From the NCBI GenBank assembly GCA_951406725.2, contig OX597814.1, positions 20,708,001 to 20,772,000 on the forward strand: a DNA stretch of 64,000 bases. The letters run 5' to 3'. The notes below the pieces were generated by a model, which saw only the letters and a list, made by a program, of their open reading frames with translations, ran no database searches and was not told the DNA's origin. Made by a program: the position numbers and the translations under genes. Within the stretch, counting starts at the first letter, position 1. Every line of letters begins with the position of its first letter. The DNA comes from Octopus vulgaris (taxonomy: Eukaryota). This document shows, one piece after another, positions 40,501-54,673 of this stretch.

Positions 40501-43073
40501 AACTATCAGTAGAGAAACAAAATGGAAAGAAATATTTGTTTCAGCTACTTCTTAACTCATTACAGAACACAATTTGTTCTTCTTCCTCTCATGACAATAA
40601 TGTCAGTTTTATGTGGTTATGGAAACAGATTCATAGTGAAACACAATAAAACATTTGCCTTCAGAATAATTGCTGGTGCACTATACATATCTTTTACCTG
40701 TTTCAGTAATTAGACTGCAGCCATGCTGGGACAAAATCAATGATTAAAAAATGAGAAAATCAACAGATAGTGGGAAGCAAACATAAGAAAGAAACAAACC
40801 AAATGAAATGGTGGAATCAAAAAATCAAAAAATACTAGAAATACCATAGTTCATTGTACAAACAACAGAAAAAGCTTCCTTATGAAAGAAAAATTTATGG
40901 TACAATACCATTTCTTTAACAAAGCATGTGTTTATGACAAAAAGATGAAGCACAGAGGAGTAATAGATTCAGAGATATATACTTAATCTGGGTAATCAAT
41001 CATAAAGCAGGCATGTAACCCATTTTCTATGCTTCTCCACACTCTTATAAAAATGATACTCCTTGAAGAGGAAGCTTTAATGATCAAAACTGTCCGAGAA
41101 CATCAACATATGAATAACTTATTTAATTATATATTTAAAATAGTGCAAGATTAGTAGTTATAGTTTCCACCATAAACTTCTGTTCATAATAAAAATAATA
41201 ATAATAATCCTTTCTACAATAGGTACAAGGCTTTTAGGATAGGAGCTAGTCAGTTACATCAACCTCAGTTCTTGATTGGTACCTGTTTCATCAGTTTGGA
41301 AAGGATGAAAGGCAAAGTTAACCTCAATGGAATTAGAACTCAGAACATGAAGACTAAAGAAATGTTGGTATGCTTTTTCTCCAGCATGATAATGATTCTG
41401 CCAGCTTACCACCTTAATAATAATGATGTGGTGGTGGTGGTGCTGCTGCTGCTGCTGGTAGTGGTAGTCTGAGGTGCCTGAATAAATCAAGCTCAAACAC
41501 TACTCAGCCAAAAGTTCAAACCACTATAAAAAAACAAAAAGTAAAAAACAAACAAACCCCCCCCAAAAAAACTTGCCTATATCTTGAAAAAGCATTTGTA
41601 AATTTATGCTACTGAGTGGTAACAACAACAAACAGCATTACCCCTTTTTTGCACATTCCAGTCTGTCATAAAATTCTGAAAGGCTCCTATCTACATAGTA
41701 TAACTAGTTCAAACTGTCAACACCTCCACCCTAAATAATGTTCCATATTAGAGATTATGGATGTACAAAAGGCAACAAGTATTATCTCTCTCCTCCTAGA
41801 TGTGAGAGAAGACATGCTCACAAAAAGCTCTATGAATCAGGAATGCATTTTTAGAAAAATAAGCAAAAATCAACAAATAGTGAAAAAGAAGAAAAAAAAA
41901 TGAGAAAACTTAAATAATTAAAAAAAAAAAATAAAATCAACATACAAAAACAACAAATAATGAAAAATAAACTTATGAAAACCTACAATCTTCAAGTGAA
42001 ATCATGGTGTCAAAAATGCTAGAAACATAATAGTTTAATGTACTGATAGCAGACAAAGCATTTTTACAATAAAAAAGGAAGGAGGAAAGAAAAATCTGAT
42101 ACAATAAATCTTTCTAACAAAGCATGTGTTTATGGCTTGTTATTTTATCACTGACATACTTGGTGAACATATTACTGGCATTAATCTTTGAGGAGAAACA
42201 GTGGGTAAATAGATGTTTCAGTTACATGTAATAACCAAAAAATATAGTTTATTGACAGCGTGGCTTTCTGACAATGAATTTAAATCCAAGTTTTCAAAAC
42301 TATCATTCTGTTAACAACTATGTAAGTCTCTTGGAATGCATAACTTTCAACAAGCATAGAGTATAATTCTATTCAATGATCATTACACTGCTACAATTAT
42401 GCTCAACAATCAGAACAGCAAAACCCCTGCTCAACACTTACCACATAGCAAAGATTACATTTAACAATTGTTGTCATTATTAAATTCCAAAATGGAATAC
42501 TCAAAATAACACACAACTAATAACTAGGTATGTTATGAGGGAGCCTCTAAGTGATCAATCAACCTCCTGAAAATAGCAGCCAAACCTCCCTTAATTTACA
42601 GCCAATCACCTTTAAAAAAAAATGGATACATAGTATATCTAAAACTATATTATCTTGTTTCACGGCTGGAACATTTTTGATCTTAGCACAGCTCAATCAA
42701 GGATAATCTGGGGTTATACAGCAACAAATTTTGGAAATACGCAAGCATTATGGTCTAAGGTTCAATACAGGCAAACTTACTATTTATTGTTATTCAGTGA
42801 AATATTTTCAGAGGCTTTCTTAGGACCAGTAATTTCTCTTGGTAGCTGAATGTCACAGAGTTTTAAGTTACTTTGAATGTTGTCATAGGGATTAAGCTGA
42901 TCAAATATCTGATACTCCCATAGATGAATGAATTTAGTGTGTGATTCGTAATGTTGTAGGAAGCTTTAATATCCATCATCTGAACTGGCAAGCTAGCTGA
43001 ATGACAGTTAATTCTGTTGCTGGTTCTAAACAAATTCTTCAAGAAATTATGTAAGGGACAAATTAACCTAATC

Positions 43074-43292
43074 CAGTGGTTTTCAACCAGGGTTCCGCGG
43101 AACCTTAGGGTTCCACCAGTACAGTCCAGGGGTTCCGCAAGAAGTTACAAAACTGCTAAAATCGGCAGTAATTTTTAATTCTCCTGTGCAGATATGTGTG
43201 CATAATACTATTAAATTATTGCACAGGGGTTCCTTGAGCCATTGGAATGTTTCCTTGGGGTTCCGCTCCAGCAAAAAGTTTGAAAAGCACTG
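43074..43292. mobile_element. hAT-type MITE
   Basis: TIRs CAGTGGTTTTCAA / TTGAAAAGCACTG, with a perfect 8-bp TSD ACCTAATC. Confidence 0.9.
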
Positions 43293-43642
43293 ACCTAATC
43301 TATTGCCGATTTCATTGATGATTTTCTGGTAGCTTATTTCCAACTAGTACCAAACTGCCTCTGTGAAAACAATATATATGTGGAATGCTAAAGGTAGTCA
43401 TGCAAATAAGACTATCTGATAAAAAAAAATTATTTTTAGAAGATAATTCAGCTTTCATCAAAAGCAAACATTCACAAGTCAATGTAGAAGCATATCCTAT
43501 ACCTTGATCCCTTTGAATATAATCGAACAAGGCTTCTTCTTTGTGTTCCAAATGTGGTTATTGTTCTCAAATGCAGGTTTACATTCTCCACCCCCACATA
43601 CAAACATGTGATTGGAGAATGGCATTATATTTGTATAAATAA

Positions 43643-44155
43643 CTAGCAGTATCGCCCGGCGTTGCTCGGGTTTGTAAGGGAAATAACTATATAAGCATTT
43701 TTAGAGAGTTACTTCCCTTATAGATGCCAATTCGGGCTTTCTTAGCCATTTCTGTTTTGGTGTCTTCAAGCCATGAAGTCGTTGTTCTAAAAGAACGCTG
43801 GTCTCCTTGACAACGCTTTACGACGTTGATTTCCTTACACTCCCTTCCCCACAGCTTCACGAGGGAGGGAAGAAGGGGGAGAAGCAAACAGGTGCAGGTG
43901 TGACCATGGACGCCAACTCCGCCGCCATCGACACACGAAAAATTATGCATTAAAATGGAATAAAAAATGATGTTAAATTATTTTTAAAATCGTAGACTCA
44001 TCGTAGACGCGCGCTAATACTCAGACGAGCTCGATATGAATCACGACTATAAGATATCCGAATTTGGTTAAACTGCACTGCAAAATGTGGGAGGAGTTAG
44101 GAATCTAAATCGAAGGGGACAGACACTCACACAACTACAGTTTTATATATATAGA
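43643..44155 (-). mobile_element. Non-autonomous Helitron
   Basis: Minus strand begins A|TCTATATATATAAA and ends with hairpin CCCGAGCAACGCCGGG then CTAG|T. No TSD. CpGs are retained. Confidence 0.88.
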
Positions 44156-44487
44156 TTAAATAAAGTAATATACAAACACCTTCTACACACTAGTATCATC
44201 AATCTACAATGTAGATACTTCACTGGATTGGAAATATCAACGTTATCCTTGTATGGCAATATGACAACTAGGTCCTTCAACAAAGACAGCCACTGTATAT
44301 ACCAAGAATACGATCTTGTAACTCACTTTCTGAAACCATGGACAACACAATTAGAAGTTCAATTTCATTACAAATGCTAGGGTGTTATAAATGAGTCAGA
44401 AGTACTTAGATGTGACATGAGATTGACCAGTTCTGAAGGCAGAAAGATGATACAGTACGTCTGTGGGTGGGCATGTGGTGTGGCTTA

Positions 44488-45374
44488 CAAATAGGGACAA
44501 CTCACCACCGACAACTCAACATTGCCGACTCAATGCCAGGACAACTCAACATTAGCACAATGCAACACTAAGACAACTCAACACCAGAAAAATTGATTAA
44601 TAAATAATTTATTTGTTGTATAACTTCATCTGTTTTTAATTATTTGTTTTATAACATTATAAAAAGATTAATCTTAATACATGGCTCGAATTAAAAAAGA
44701 AAAAGCAGAACTTTTAAAATTTGAATAAAAGTAATTTATAAAGGATATAATTATATATATAAATGTGGGCATGGCTGTGTGGTTAGGGAGCTTGCTTCCC
44801 AGCTATGTGGTTTCGGGTTCAGTCCCACTGCATGGGAATTTGGACATGTGTCTTCTGCTATAGCCCCGAGCTGACCAAAGCTTTGTGATTGAATTCAGTA
44901 GGCGGAAGTTACTGCCGTGTATGTATATGTGCATGTAGGTGCTTGTGCCTCTCCCAAAGAGAGAGAGATATATATGTAGTGTTAGTGGAGTGCTAAGAGC
45001 ACCATCCAAGTGTGATCGTTGCCAGAGCGGCACGTAAAAAGCATCATTCAAGTATGATCGTTACCAGTGTCACCTTATTGGCACGTGAAAAAACATTTGA
45101 GCGAGATCATTGCCAGTGCTGCTGGAATGGCTACTGTGCAGGTGGCACATAAAAAACACCATTTGAGCGTGGCTGTTGCCAGTACCGCCTGACTGGCACT
45201 TGTGCCGGTGGCATGTAAAAGCACCCACTACACTCTTGGAGTGGTTGGTGTTAGGAAGGGCATTCAGCTGTAGAAACTCTGCCAGATCAAGATTGGAGCC
45301 TGGTGCAGCCATCTGGTTCGCCAGTCCTGTCAAATCCTCCAACCCATGCTAGCATGGAAAACGGACGTTAAACA

Positions 45375-45405
<31 letters not shown>

Positions 45406-47114
45406 CGGTGGTGGCGGCGGCGGCGGCAGTGGTTGTGGTGGCGGCGGCGGCGGCAGTGGTGGTGGTGGCGGCGGCGGCGGCAGTGGTGGTGGTGGTGGTG
45501 ATGATGATGATGAGGATGATGTTATATGTAGAAGGTTGGAAAGGAACACACGAGTTGATATATATGGAAAAACAAATCAAGGTAGAAAATGCTAAAATAA
45601 TTTTATAAGAAACATTTCAGTATCTGTTTCAGACTTTTTCAACTGTAAGTAAGGAAAACAATTAAATTTTGGAAAAATTAAAAGAAAAGTTTTTTAAAAG
45701 AATATTTGCATAGTGTTCAAATACAAGTGGTATTTTCCTTGTTTCTACCTACTTCTATCTTTCTTGCTTACTCTTGTGTGTTTGAGGTGGTTGTGAACTC
45801 TTGGTAGAAGAAGAAGAAGAAGAAGAAGAAGAAGAAGAAGAAGAAGAAGAAGAAGAAGAAGAAGAAGAAGAAGAACGTGGGAGTGCCATGGCACTCCTGC
45901 GCTCTTCTTCTTGAAAATTGTTTTTATCCTGGAATACTGATAAAAAATAAAAGGTTGATAATGAATTAGTAAGGCTGGCTGCACACTAACCCAGAAAAAA
46001 TGATCTCAGACAAGATACAATAAATCTGCATCCAAAACTATATTCTTGGTCTTGAATTTGGCAATTGTCACTACCATTCAAGAATAAATAACATCTAGAT
46101 TTGTAATATTCTTTTCTGTAATTAGTACTATTATTTATCATTACCCAATTAATATAGAAATAATGCCAAATATTGACAGTTTTCAATCAAAACAATGACA
46201 ATTGCTAAAGTCATGACCAAGATTCCAAGATTTCGGATGCTGATTGATCATGTCTTATCTAAGACCGTTTTATCTGGAACAGTGTGCAGTAGGCCTAACA
46301 GAGCAGCAATGAATTCGATCATTGTTACTAATTAAGTCTCAGTAACAAAAAGGAAATCTGCAAAACAACGCGTGCACTGGTGAATGTACGCTTTCAAATG
46401 AGGCTATAACTAACTCAGACTTATAATTTCACAAGTCACTATGAACTTAATCACGACTACAATTAACTGAATCACGTGTAGTGCAGACCACAGCGAGGAG
46501 GTAGACGAGACAAGAACTCTGCATGTATCACTTGTGAAGTCATTGAGTAGTACTTAGCACAAACCACAGTGAGGAGGTATACAAGACAGAAACTCTACAC
46601 GTATCACGCGTGAGGCTACTCACTCCTACTAGGCTGGTATGACTGACAAGGAAATGTTGTCTTTATAGCCATGCTGCTTTAAGTTTATATTCATTAGGTT
46701 CATAGAAAAATGCTTCCAATTTCTGGGAGTGATATCACTGAACACAGTTATTTTTCCTCTCATCTATATATGTGTGTGTATTGTAAATTTATGCATAAAA
46801 ACTATAGACAAAGAAAATCAAAGTCTTAAAAAATATATATTAACATTTACATCAAAGGCTGCACTTGTTGACCCAGAAGGCTGTATGCAGCCTTAAGGCC
46901 ACAGGTTCCCCATCCCTGCTTTAAACCATTCAAAGAAGGAATACCAAGAATTCATATTTTTCTACCAATGTTGGCAATCAACACCTTTTATTTATAAGTA
47001 CCTGATAATGTTAAAAAATGAATAAATTATTCATTAATCAATTTTCCTGGTGTTGATTTGTGTTGGCATTGAGTCAGCGGTGTTAAGTTGGCAGTATTGA
47101 GTTGTCCTGAACCC
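44488..47114. mobile_element. MULE-like element with repetitive TIRs and nested insertions
   Basis: Inverted ends are built of ACAACTCAAC repeats plus CCAGAAAAATTGATTAAT. Imperfect 9-bp TSD TGTGGCTTA/TATGGCTTA. The element splits a SINE-like head. Confidence 0.65.
45375..45520. repeat. (GAT)n/(GGT)n/(GGC)n tract at an RTE tail
   Basis: Directly visible. An (AGA)n tract follows at about 45806-45874. Confidence 0.9.
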
Positions 47115-48867
47115 TATGGCTTAGTGGTTAAGGTGTTGGACTCATGATCGGGGAATTTATATGCCCTGGAAACCAGCCGTTATGAGTTGCCATGACTCAA
47201 GAAGGTTACCATTACTTTTACATCTGTGGGTCAGAAACTGTGGAGTGTTGATGAGAGACTTTATACCAATAAGTCGGGTGGAATAGGTTGAATAGACAGG
47301 TTGAATGGACAAAGGACTGCACCAAGTTCCAAAGTATGCTTTGGCATGGTTTCTACAGCTAGATACCCTTCCTAAGGCCAGCCACTTTACAGAATGGAAA
47401 GCACCTACAATCTTTAAAGTGGTTGATGTTAGGAAGGGCTTGCATTCATAGAAACTGTGCCAAAGTAGACACTGGAGCTTGGCACGGTTTTCTGGTTTGC
47501 CCACTAATGTCAAGCCATCAAACCAATGCTAGCATGAAGAACAGATGTTAAATGATGATAATAACCAAGATTTTCCGTGTGTGTAGCAGCTGCACAATCG
47601 CAGATATGGGAGCAGTGTAACTGCAAGGTTTGCTTGATCAACTAATCTAGAGCTATACAACAGCAACAACAACCACCAAATAGCTTATCTGAGAGGAAGA
47701 CTGAGAGAACTGTCTAAAAATGAAATGAGAAGTTTTGTGCATTGTAATGATTGATTGATTGATTCTAGTTTCAGCTCACGAGCTGTGGCCATGCTGGGGC
47801 ACCACCATTTAATAGTGTTTTTTTTTTTATATCTTGTAATTAGGAGGGAAGACAGAGCCCATGACATCAGGTCTCCAAAACTGGTCTGAGGAAGGAAGGT
47901 ATCCTTGACGTAGAGATCTGGTTTGAATGCTTGCAACAGAATGGGTCCCACTAAAGGCATTCAAGGTTCCAGATGGTGATGTTAATAAAGCAAGTGGTAG
48001 ATTAAGTCTACCATCCAAGTAGGTCATGGTGGGATATGAACTCAGAATGCAAAAAGCCAGGACAAATGCCAGAAGGGGTCTGGTTTGATGTTATAACAGT
48101 TCCACTAATCCAATGCCTTGGGTAGGTACTTTTTTTTTTATTGACTCTGAAGAAGTGAATGGCTAAGTTGGCCTCAGGCAGGATTTGAACCCAGAGAACA
48201 GAGAGTCAGAACAATTACCACAAAGCAGTCTGTTTGATGTTGTACTAGTATATTTTCTTACTTGTTTTTGTTTTATCACCAGATCTGTAACCTTTCAGTA
48301 TTCAGACCAGCCATCTGGCTGAAATATTCTACATGGATTATATTCAAACTGACCAGATCCAGCCTCTCACACCTACCTTACAATGTCCTCCTAAAAATAA
48401 GCAATCACCTCATTGCAATCCCAAAGCTACAAGGTAATGCATGATCAATTCAAAACAATGTGAATAAATTAGCATTACATTTTGCACAGTAATCTGAATG
48501 TTTTCAGATTAAAGGATTTATTAGTGTTTAGATCCAAGCTTATGTACAAATCTATTGATTCTGCTTCTGAATTCACTATTTTTAATTCAATTAAGGGGCT
48601 AATTTATAAAGGCATTCAAATCTTTGTTTTGGGATGAATATTTCTAAGATTTAAATTTATAGTCTGTTTTATTTTATGTGGTTTTGAGGTTCGGGCATAG
48701 CTGTATAGGTGCAGGCATAGCTGTATGGTAAGAAACTTGCTTCCAAACTACATACTTCTGGGTTCAGTCCCACTGCATAACACCTTGGGCAAGTGTCTTC
48801 TGATATAACCTCAGACTGACCAAAGTATTATGAATGGATTTGGCAGTCAGTAACTGAAAGAAGCCTG

Positions 48868-48937
<70 letters not shown>

Positions 48938-50124
48938 ATGTTTGTGTGTGTTTGTATATGTGTGTGTCTATCTTTGTCTCCCATAACTGCTTGACAACAG
49001 TTTGGTGTGTTTTTGTCCCTGTAGTTGTTTGGCAACAGAGACTGATAGCATAAGTACAAGGTTTAAAAGCAATAATAGGCACTGGGGGTGATTCATTCAA
49101 CTAAAAATTTTTGAAGGCAATGCTCCTGCATGGCCACAGCCTAATGACTGAAACAAGTAAAAGGTCATTTTCATTATCATCTTTACAGAAATAGAACCAA
49201 TGAGGGAGCCTGTAAGTTGTTACTCAACATGTTAGAAATACTAGCCAAATCTCCTTCAAATCACATCTACCATTCTAAACAAAGAAGAGCATATTGAATT
49301 GTGTAATCCTAGATAGTTCCCAAAAGATTGGATTGTCATAGCTGGAAAGCCTTTCCAGCTGAAATAGGACTAAACAGCATTATAGAAAAATAAAAACTTC
49401 TGTTGTGTACATATACTTTCCTTCCATTTTTTTCAACAAGCGTTTTTAAGTACAATTGAACATTTTTCGAGTTGTAGTGTTTTTAAGTTCTTTTTATCGT
49501 TTGTACGGATATACATTGATAATGTTAGAGCCTGTAAGTGCATTTCACAGCAGTCTTGTCAAAAGGAGTGGTTATACAGTAACTACTGAAAATACCAGGC
49601 TGTAATCAGAATCCAAAGCCCTCATTTGTTTTGATATGAATTTTTCTAACCCCCATCTCTAACTTCTTTATTTTGCTCTATTTTTTTTTTAGACACTTTA
49701 CAAATGTTTATGCTTAAAAATGTTTATGCTTAAAAATGAAAAATGTAATATTTTTCTTTTCAATTTAAAGCTGATAGTGTTAAGGGATTGACATCTGCTG
49801 TAGTTTTGTTTTGCATGTAAATATATTTTATTTACATTTGAAATGTATTAAATATATTTGTTTGCATTAGTTGTTTGTTTTGTATGTGAATATATTTTAT
49901 ATGCATTTGAAATGTATAAACATACTTGTTTGCTCTAGTTGTTTCGTTTTCAGAAAATTTAAAATTCTTTTGTTTCAGTTACAGATACCAAGGACGAAAA
50001 TAAAAATATTTATACAAATAAAATCTATTTGTACACTTCAAATGTCAGCAAAATATATTTATGCACAAAAACTAATGCAGTTGTTAATCCTTTATCCTTT
50101 AGCCTTGATCAGTTTTTGCTTTAA

Positions 50125-50344
50125 TCCTTTAGCATTTAAACTAGCCATATCCAGCCCAAATATTTTATATGTTTTATGTTCAAACCAGCCATATTGGACC
50201 TCTCACACCTACCCCACAATGTCATTCTAAAAATAAACAATCACATCATCAAAATCTCAAAATTACAAGATAATACATGATTAATTGAAAACAATGTGAC
50301 TAAATAAGCATTACATTTGACAGAGGAATCTGAATACTGAAGGG
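50125..50344. mobile_element. piggyBac-type MITE (second copy about 48290-48510)
   Basis: TTAA|TCCTTTAGCATTTAAA ... TGAATACTGAAGGG|TTAG. The body is homologous to 48290-48510. Confidence 0.65.
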
Positions 50345-50977
50345 TTAGAAATAATAATAAATTAAAAAAAGAAAACTTTTTCTAAAATAAAAAACCTTTT
50401 GGAGATTCTTAATCCTTTATTCTAAAAAATTAAAAATCCAGACTGTTTTTTTACTTGAAGTATAATATAAATATTAAAGGTGAGATTAAAAAATCCAATC
50501 TCAAATAAATAAGTGCCCAATCCTACCCACTGAGGTCAAAAGATATAAAATTGTCGTGTGAAGACTAAAGTAGGAAAAAGAATTTAGCATTCACCGAAGA
50601 CATTCATCATCATTATCATCATCATCACCATTTAACGGCTGTTGTCCATGGGTTGAACAGTTTGACTAGCACTAGCAAGCTGGGAGGCTGCACCAGACTC
50701 CAGTCTGTCTTGGCATGGCTTCTATGGATGGATACCCTTCCTAACACCAACTACTCTGAGAGTTTAATGGGTGCATTTATGTGCCACCGGCATGGATGCC
50801 ATTTGCACAGCACCAGTATCTGCCATAACTGCAGTTTTACTTGGCTTGATGGGTCTTCTTCTCACCCATGGCATAATACCGAATGATCTCAGCCCTTGCC
50901 TCCATGAGGACCAATGCTCAAAAGGTGCTTTTACATGCCACTGGCATGGGTTCCATTTGCATGATACCGGTATCTGC

Positions 50978-51209
50978 AATGGCGGAGAGCTGGCAGAAAT
51001 GTTAGCACGCCGGGCGAAATGCGTAGCCGTATTTCGTCTGAGTTCTGAGTTCAAATTCCGCCAAGGTCGACTTTGCCTTTCATCCTTTCGGGGTCGATTA
51101 AATAAGTACCAATTACGGACTGGGGGGTTGATATAATCGACTTAATCCGTTTGTCTGTCCTTGTTTGTCCTCTCTGTGCTTAGAGCCCCTTGTGGGTAGT
51201 AAAGAAATA
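50978..51209 (+). mobile_element. Young SINE inserted in an RTE 3' UTR
   Basis: CpG-intact head, flanked by the GGTATCTGC duplication. Confidence 0.85.
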
Positions 51210-51436
51210 GGTATCTGCCATGACTGCAATTTTACTTGGCTTGATGGGTCTTCTTCTCAAGCAAAACATAATTGGTTTCAAATTTTGGCATAAGGCCAGC
51301 AATTTCAGAGAGTGGATTACATTGACTCTGGTGTTCAATTGGTACTTATTTTATCACCCCCGCCCTACCACTGTCTCTAAGGGATGAAAGACAAAGTCAA
51401 TCTCGGTGGAATTTGAACTCAGAATGTAAAGACATG

Positions 51437-54041
51437 TGAAACGTTACTAGTGTGAATATCTTCTCTGGACCTTTTGGGGGTGCGAGAAGCAATCACTATC
51501 CGTTGCTTTAATAATCCAGATTCTCTACCAGTCAGAAACAACAAGACGCAGATGTAAAATATATATATCTACTTTATTCTCTTATGTGGTAACAGATAAT
51601 TGGTGTATCTGGTATCCCTTTGGTATAGATGTGTCAGAGCTGAACTTTATCGCTGTAAAATAAGAAAGTGTTCAAATGCAAAACAACACTGCCAAGATGG
51701 CGTCCGGAATAGGGAGATGATGATGTCGGCAACAAATGTCAGGGAGAGACGAAGATAATATGCGTCTTCTTCTATGAAAAGGCTGACTGCTGCTAGAATC
51801 AAATTCGGACAGAGAGAATATACGTGTTGTACCTTCGATAGCAATGTCTCAAGTCGCTGCTGACTGCTGCTAGTGGTCAAACGTTCTACGATCCCCTTGC
51901 CTTGGCTAACTGCCACGTAGGCAAATGGTCCTTCTTCCGGGGTTTCGCGCATGCGCCGCTGTATAGCGTCACTACAGAGCTCCACCCCAGTGCGAAGCAT
52001 GACACAAAATTCCTTGTAGTGACTATAAAACTCAAGGTGGATACCAGATAACCAAATAGCACACAATATAATAAAATGGCAAAATTTACATCATACACAA
52101 GAAATTTACTAAAGAGAAAAAATACTCAAAAGGAGCAAAAATCAAAAGTGCATGCGTGAAAGTGGATACGTCACAAAGTATAGAGCCTTCCGCTAAAGGG
52201 AAGCAAAACTCACAGTTAATGAACCTAGGCGAAATTAAATCCAACTTCTCTAAAGGTGGTTGGTCCTGCGAAATAGAAGTTAAATCAATTGCTGCAGGAG
52301 AGGAAATGGAATCGACAGATAGATCGCTAGTAACACAAAAGCAAAAGTGCAAGCATGCTGGTGTGATGCGCGACACAGATAATTTTCTCTGTTAATTACG
52401 TGACCAACAGGAGTCTAACAGGGAAAAATTATGTCTATACATGGCGCAGCGCATGTGAACATCCGACATTCTATGAGTCGGGAAAAGAATTAAGCTAACG
52501 CAAATGTGTTGCAAAAACAAGGCAATACACGTGCGAAGCAAAGGCGCATGAAATGCAATAGGGCTTGCCAGACCGAAAAACAGCAATGAATATGCCAGTG
52601 GTTGAGCGATTATATGCCTCGTTCGTACAGGAACAAAAGTATGACATGCTGGCGCGTTATAATGGACAAACAACCCTCTCTATGTATACGTGACCCCTAG
52701 GGTCTATAGAAATGAGGTGTGTCCACAAAAGGCAAATTTAGCATGGAAAAAAAACAAGCGAGAAAAGCATGTGTGACGTATGTATATGAGAGAGATAGCA
52801 TTTATGTGTGTGTACGTGTGTGCGACAAAAATACAACAAGGTGAATGCGAGCAAAAATAAAAATACAGCGCATAGAAAAAGTCTCTCAGGGCTATCTCAG
52901 ACAATGGAGTTAGTTTACCAGTCCGTAATAGCCTGATGCACAATAGCAGTTCGTTCTGTAACAGAATGTTGAAATCACAAATGCAGATGCCGATTGGACA
53001 CATATCGTGTAACGGTTGTGGCTTCAATGCTGTGACAGGTTAACTGGGTACAGAAGAAATCTCGCAGATAGACTGTGCTGTCAATCCTTGGCGCGCTATG
53101 CACAAACAGCGTGAAAGCTAAAGTTCCACGAGTTGCTATGTACATCTTGGTCGACGGTGTTGAAAGGCGACGGTGTTGAAAGGCGACGGTGGTGGTGGCG
53201 ACTGTGGTGGACTTGAGACACATTGTTCTTAGTGTTGATGGCGACGAAGATAACGACAACGTGAAGTTCTAAGATGACGATTAAGACGGTAGAGAAAAGG
53301 CATCGATGATATGATGGCGTCCGTCATCATTGTTGAAGAATAAGAAAAGGGTTTCTTCTATAACGGTCCGAGAGGACGGAAACAAATCGTCGAAAGATGA
53401 ATGCGTAGAGTTAATCGTGTTCCGACTTCGCAGAAAAACTGGATTTCTTTGTTGTTAAGTGATCTCTGGTTTTAGACCAGAATCACGTCGGGGGTCACCA
53501 CTGTAACGAAATGTGTGTGAATATCTTCTCTGGACCTTTTGGGGGTGCGAGAAGCAATCACTATCCGTTGCTTTAATAATCCAGATTCTCTACCAGTCAG
53601 AAACAACAAGACGCAGACGTAAAATATATATATCTACTTTATTCTCTTATGTGGTAACAGATAATTGGTGTATCTGGTATCCCTTTGGTATAGATGTGTC
53701 AGAGCTGAACTTTATCGCTGTAAAATAAGAAAGTGTTCAAATGCAAAACAACACTGCCAAGATGGCGTCCGGAATAGGGAGATGATGATGTCGGCAACAA
53801 ATGTCAGGGAGAGACGAAGATAATATGCGTCTTCTTCTATGAAAAGGCTGACTGCTGCTAGAATCAAATTCGGACAGAGAGAATATACATGTTGTACCTT
53901 CGATAGCCATGTCTCAAGTCGCTGCTGACTGCTGCTAGTGGTCAAACGTTCTACGATCCCCTTGCCTCGGCTAACTGCCACGTAGGCAAATGGTCCTTCT
54001 TCCGGGGCTTCGCGCATGCGCCGCTGTATAGCGTCACTACA
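51437..54041 (-). mobile_element. Non-autonomous Gypsy-type LTR retroelement
   Basis: 540-bp TG..CA LTRs at 51437-51976 and 53502-54041. CATG TSD at 51433-51436 and 54042-54045. tRNA-Trp PBS present, with purine-rich GGGGTGGAG before the 3' LTR. The 1.5-kb interior lacks a gag/pol ORF. Confidence 0.92.
53482..53500 (-). other. Primer binding site complementary to tRNA-Trp 3' end
   Basis: TGGTGACCCCCGACGTGAT lies 1 nt after the 5' LTR. The eukaryotic tRNA-Trp 3' end is ATCACGTCGGGGTCACCA (recalled); this PBS has one extra C. Confidence 0.85.
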
Positions 54042-54598
54042 CATGAAATACAGCTAAGCATTTTGCCCTGCATTCTAACAATTCAGCCAGCTCACTGCCC
54101 TCTTCCATCTAAAATAATGAGCAGTCCTCTTTAAATATGTTCTATTTCCCTCTTAGCATGAGGAAAGGGTTAGAAAAGATGCTCTATGCTTAGTCTGTTC
54201 TTCCTTATCTTGGACAGGTAACTGCTGCCAGGAAGATAATGTTATAGCCAGTACTGGATTAACAATTAAGCAAAATAAGCATGTGCTTAGGGCGTCAAGG
54301 GAAGGAGAGGGCATCACAGAAATGGTAAATGGTTTATGACACAAAAGGAATCATTTTAAACTTGCCAAAATAATATTTGGGATGCCTTTATTTCTACCAA
54401 GTATAGATGCAGATGTGTTACCTAAGATTAATCTATAGGTGTAGGAGTGGCTGTGTGGTAAGTAGCTTGCTTATCAACCACATGGTTCTGGGTTCAGTCC
54501 TACTGCATGGCACTTTGGCCAAGTGTCTTCTACTATAGCCTCGGGCCGACCAAAACCTTGTGAGTGGATTTAGTAGACGGAAACTGAAAAAGCCCATC

Positions 54599-54673
<75 letters not shown>

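Noticed and set aside
51647-54044. Duplicated 139-aa and 110-aa ORFs
   Set aside because: They lie largely within the two LTRs, have non-ATG starts and show no recognisable domain.
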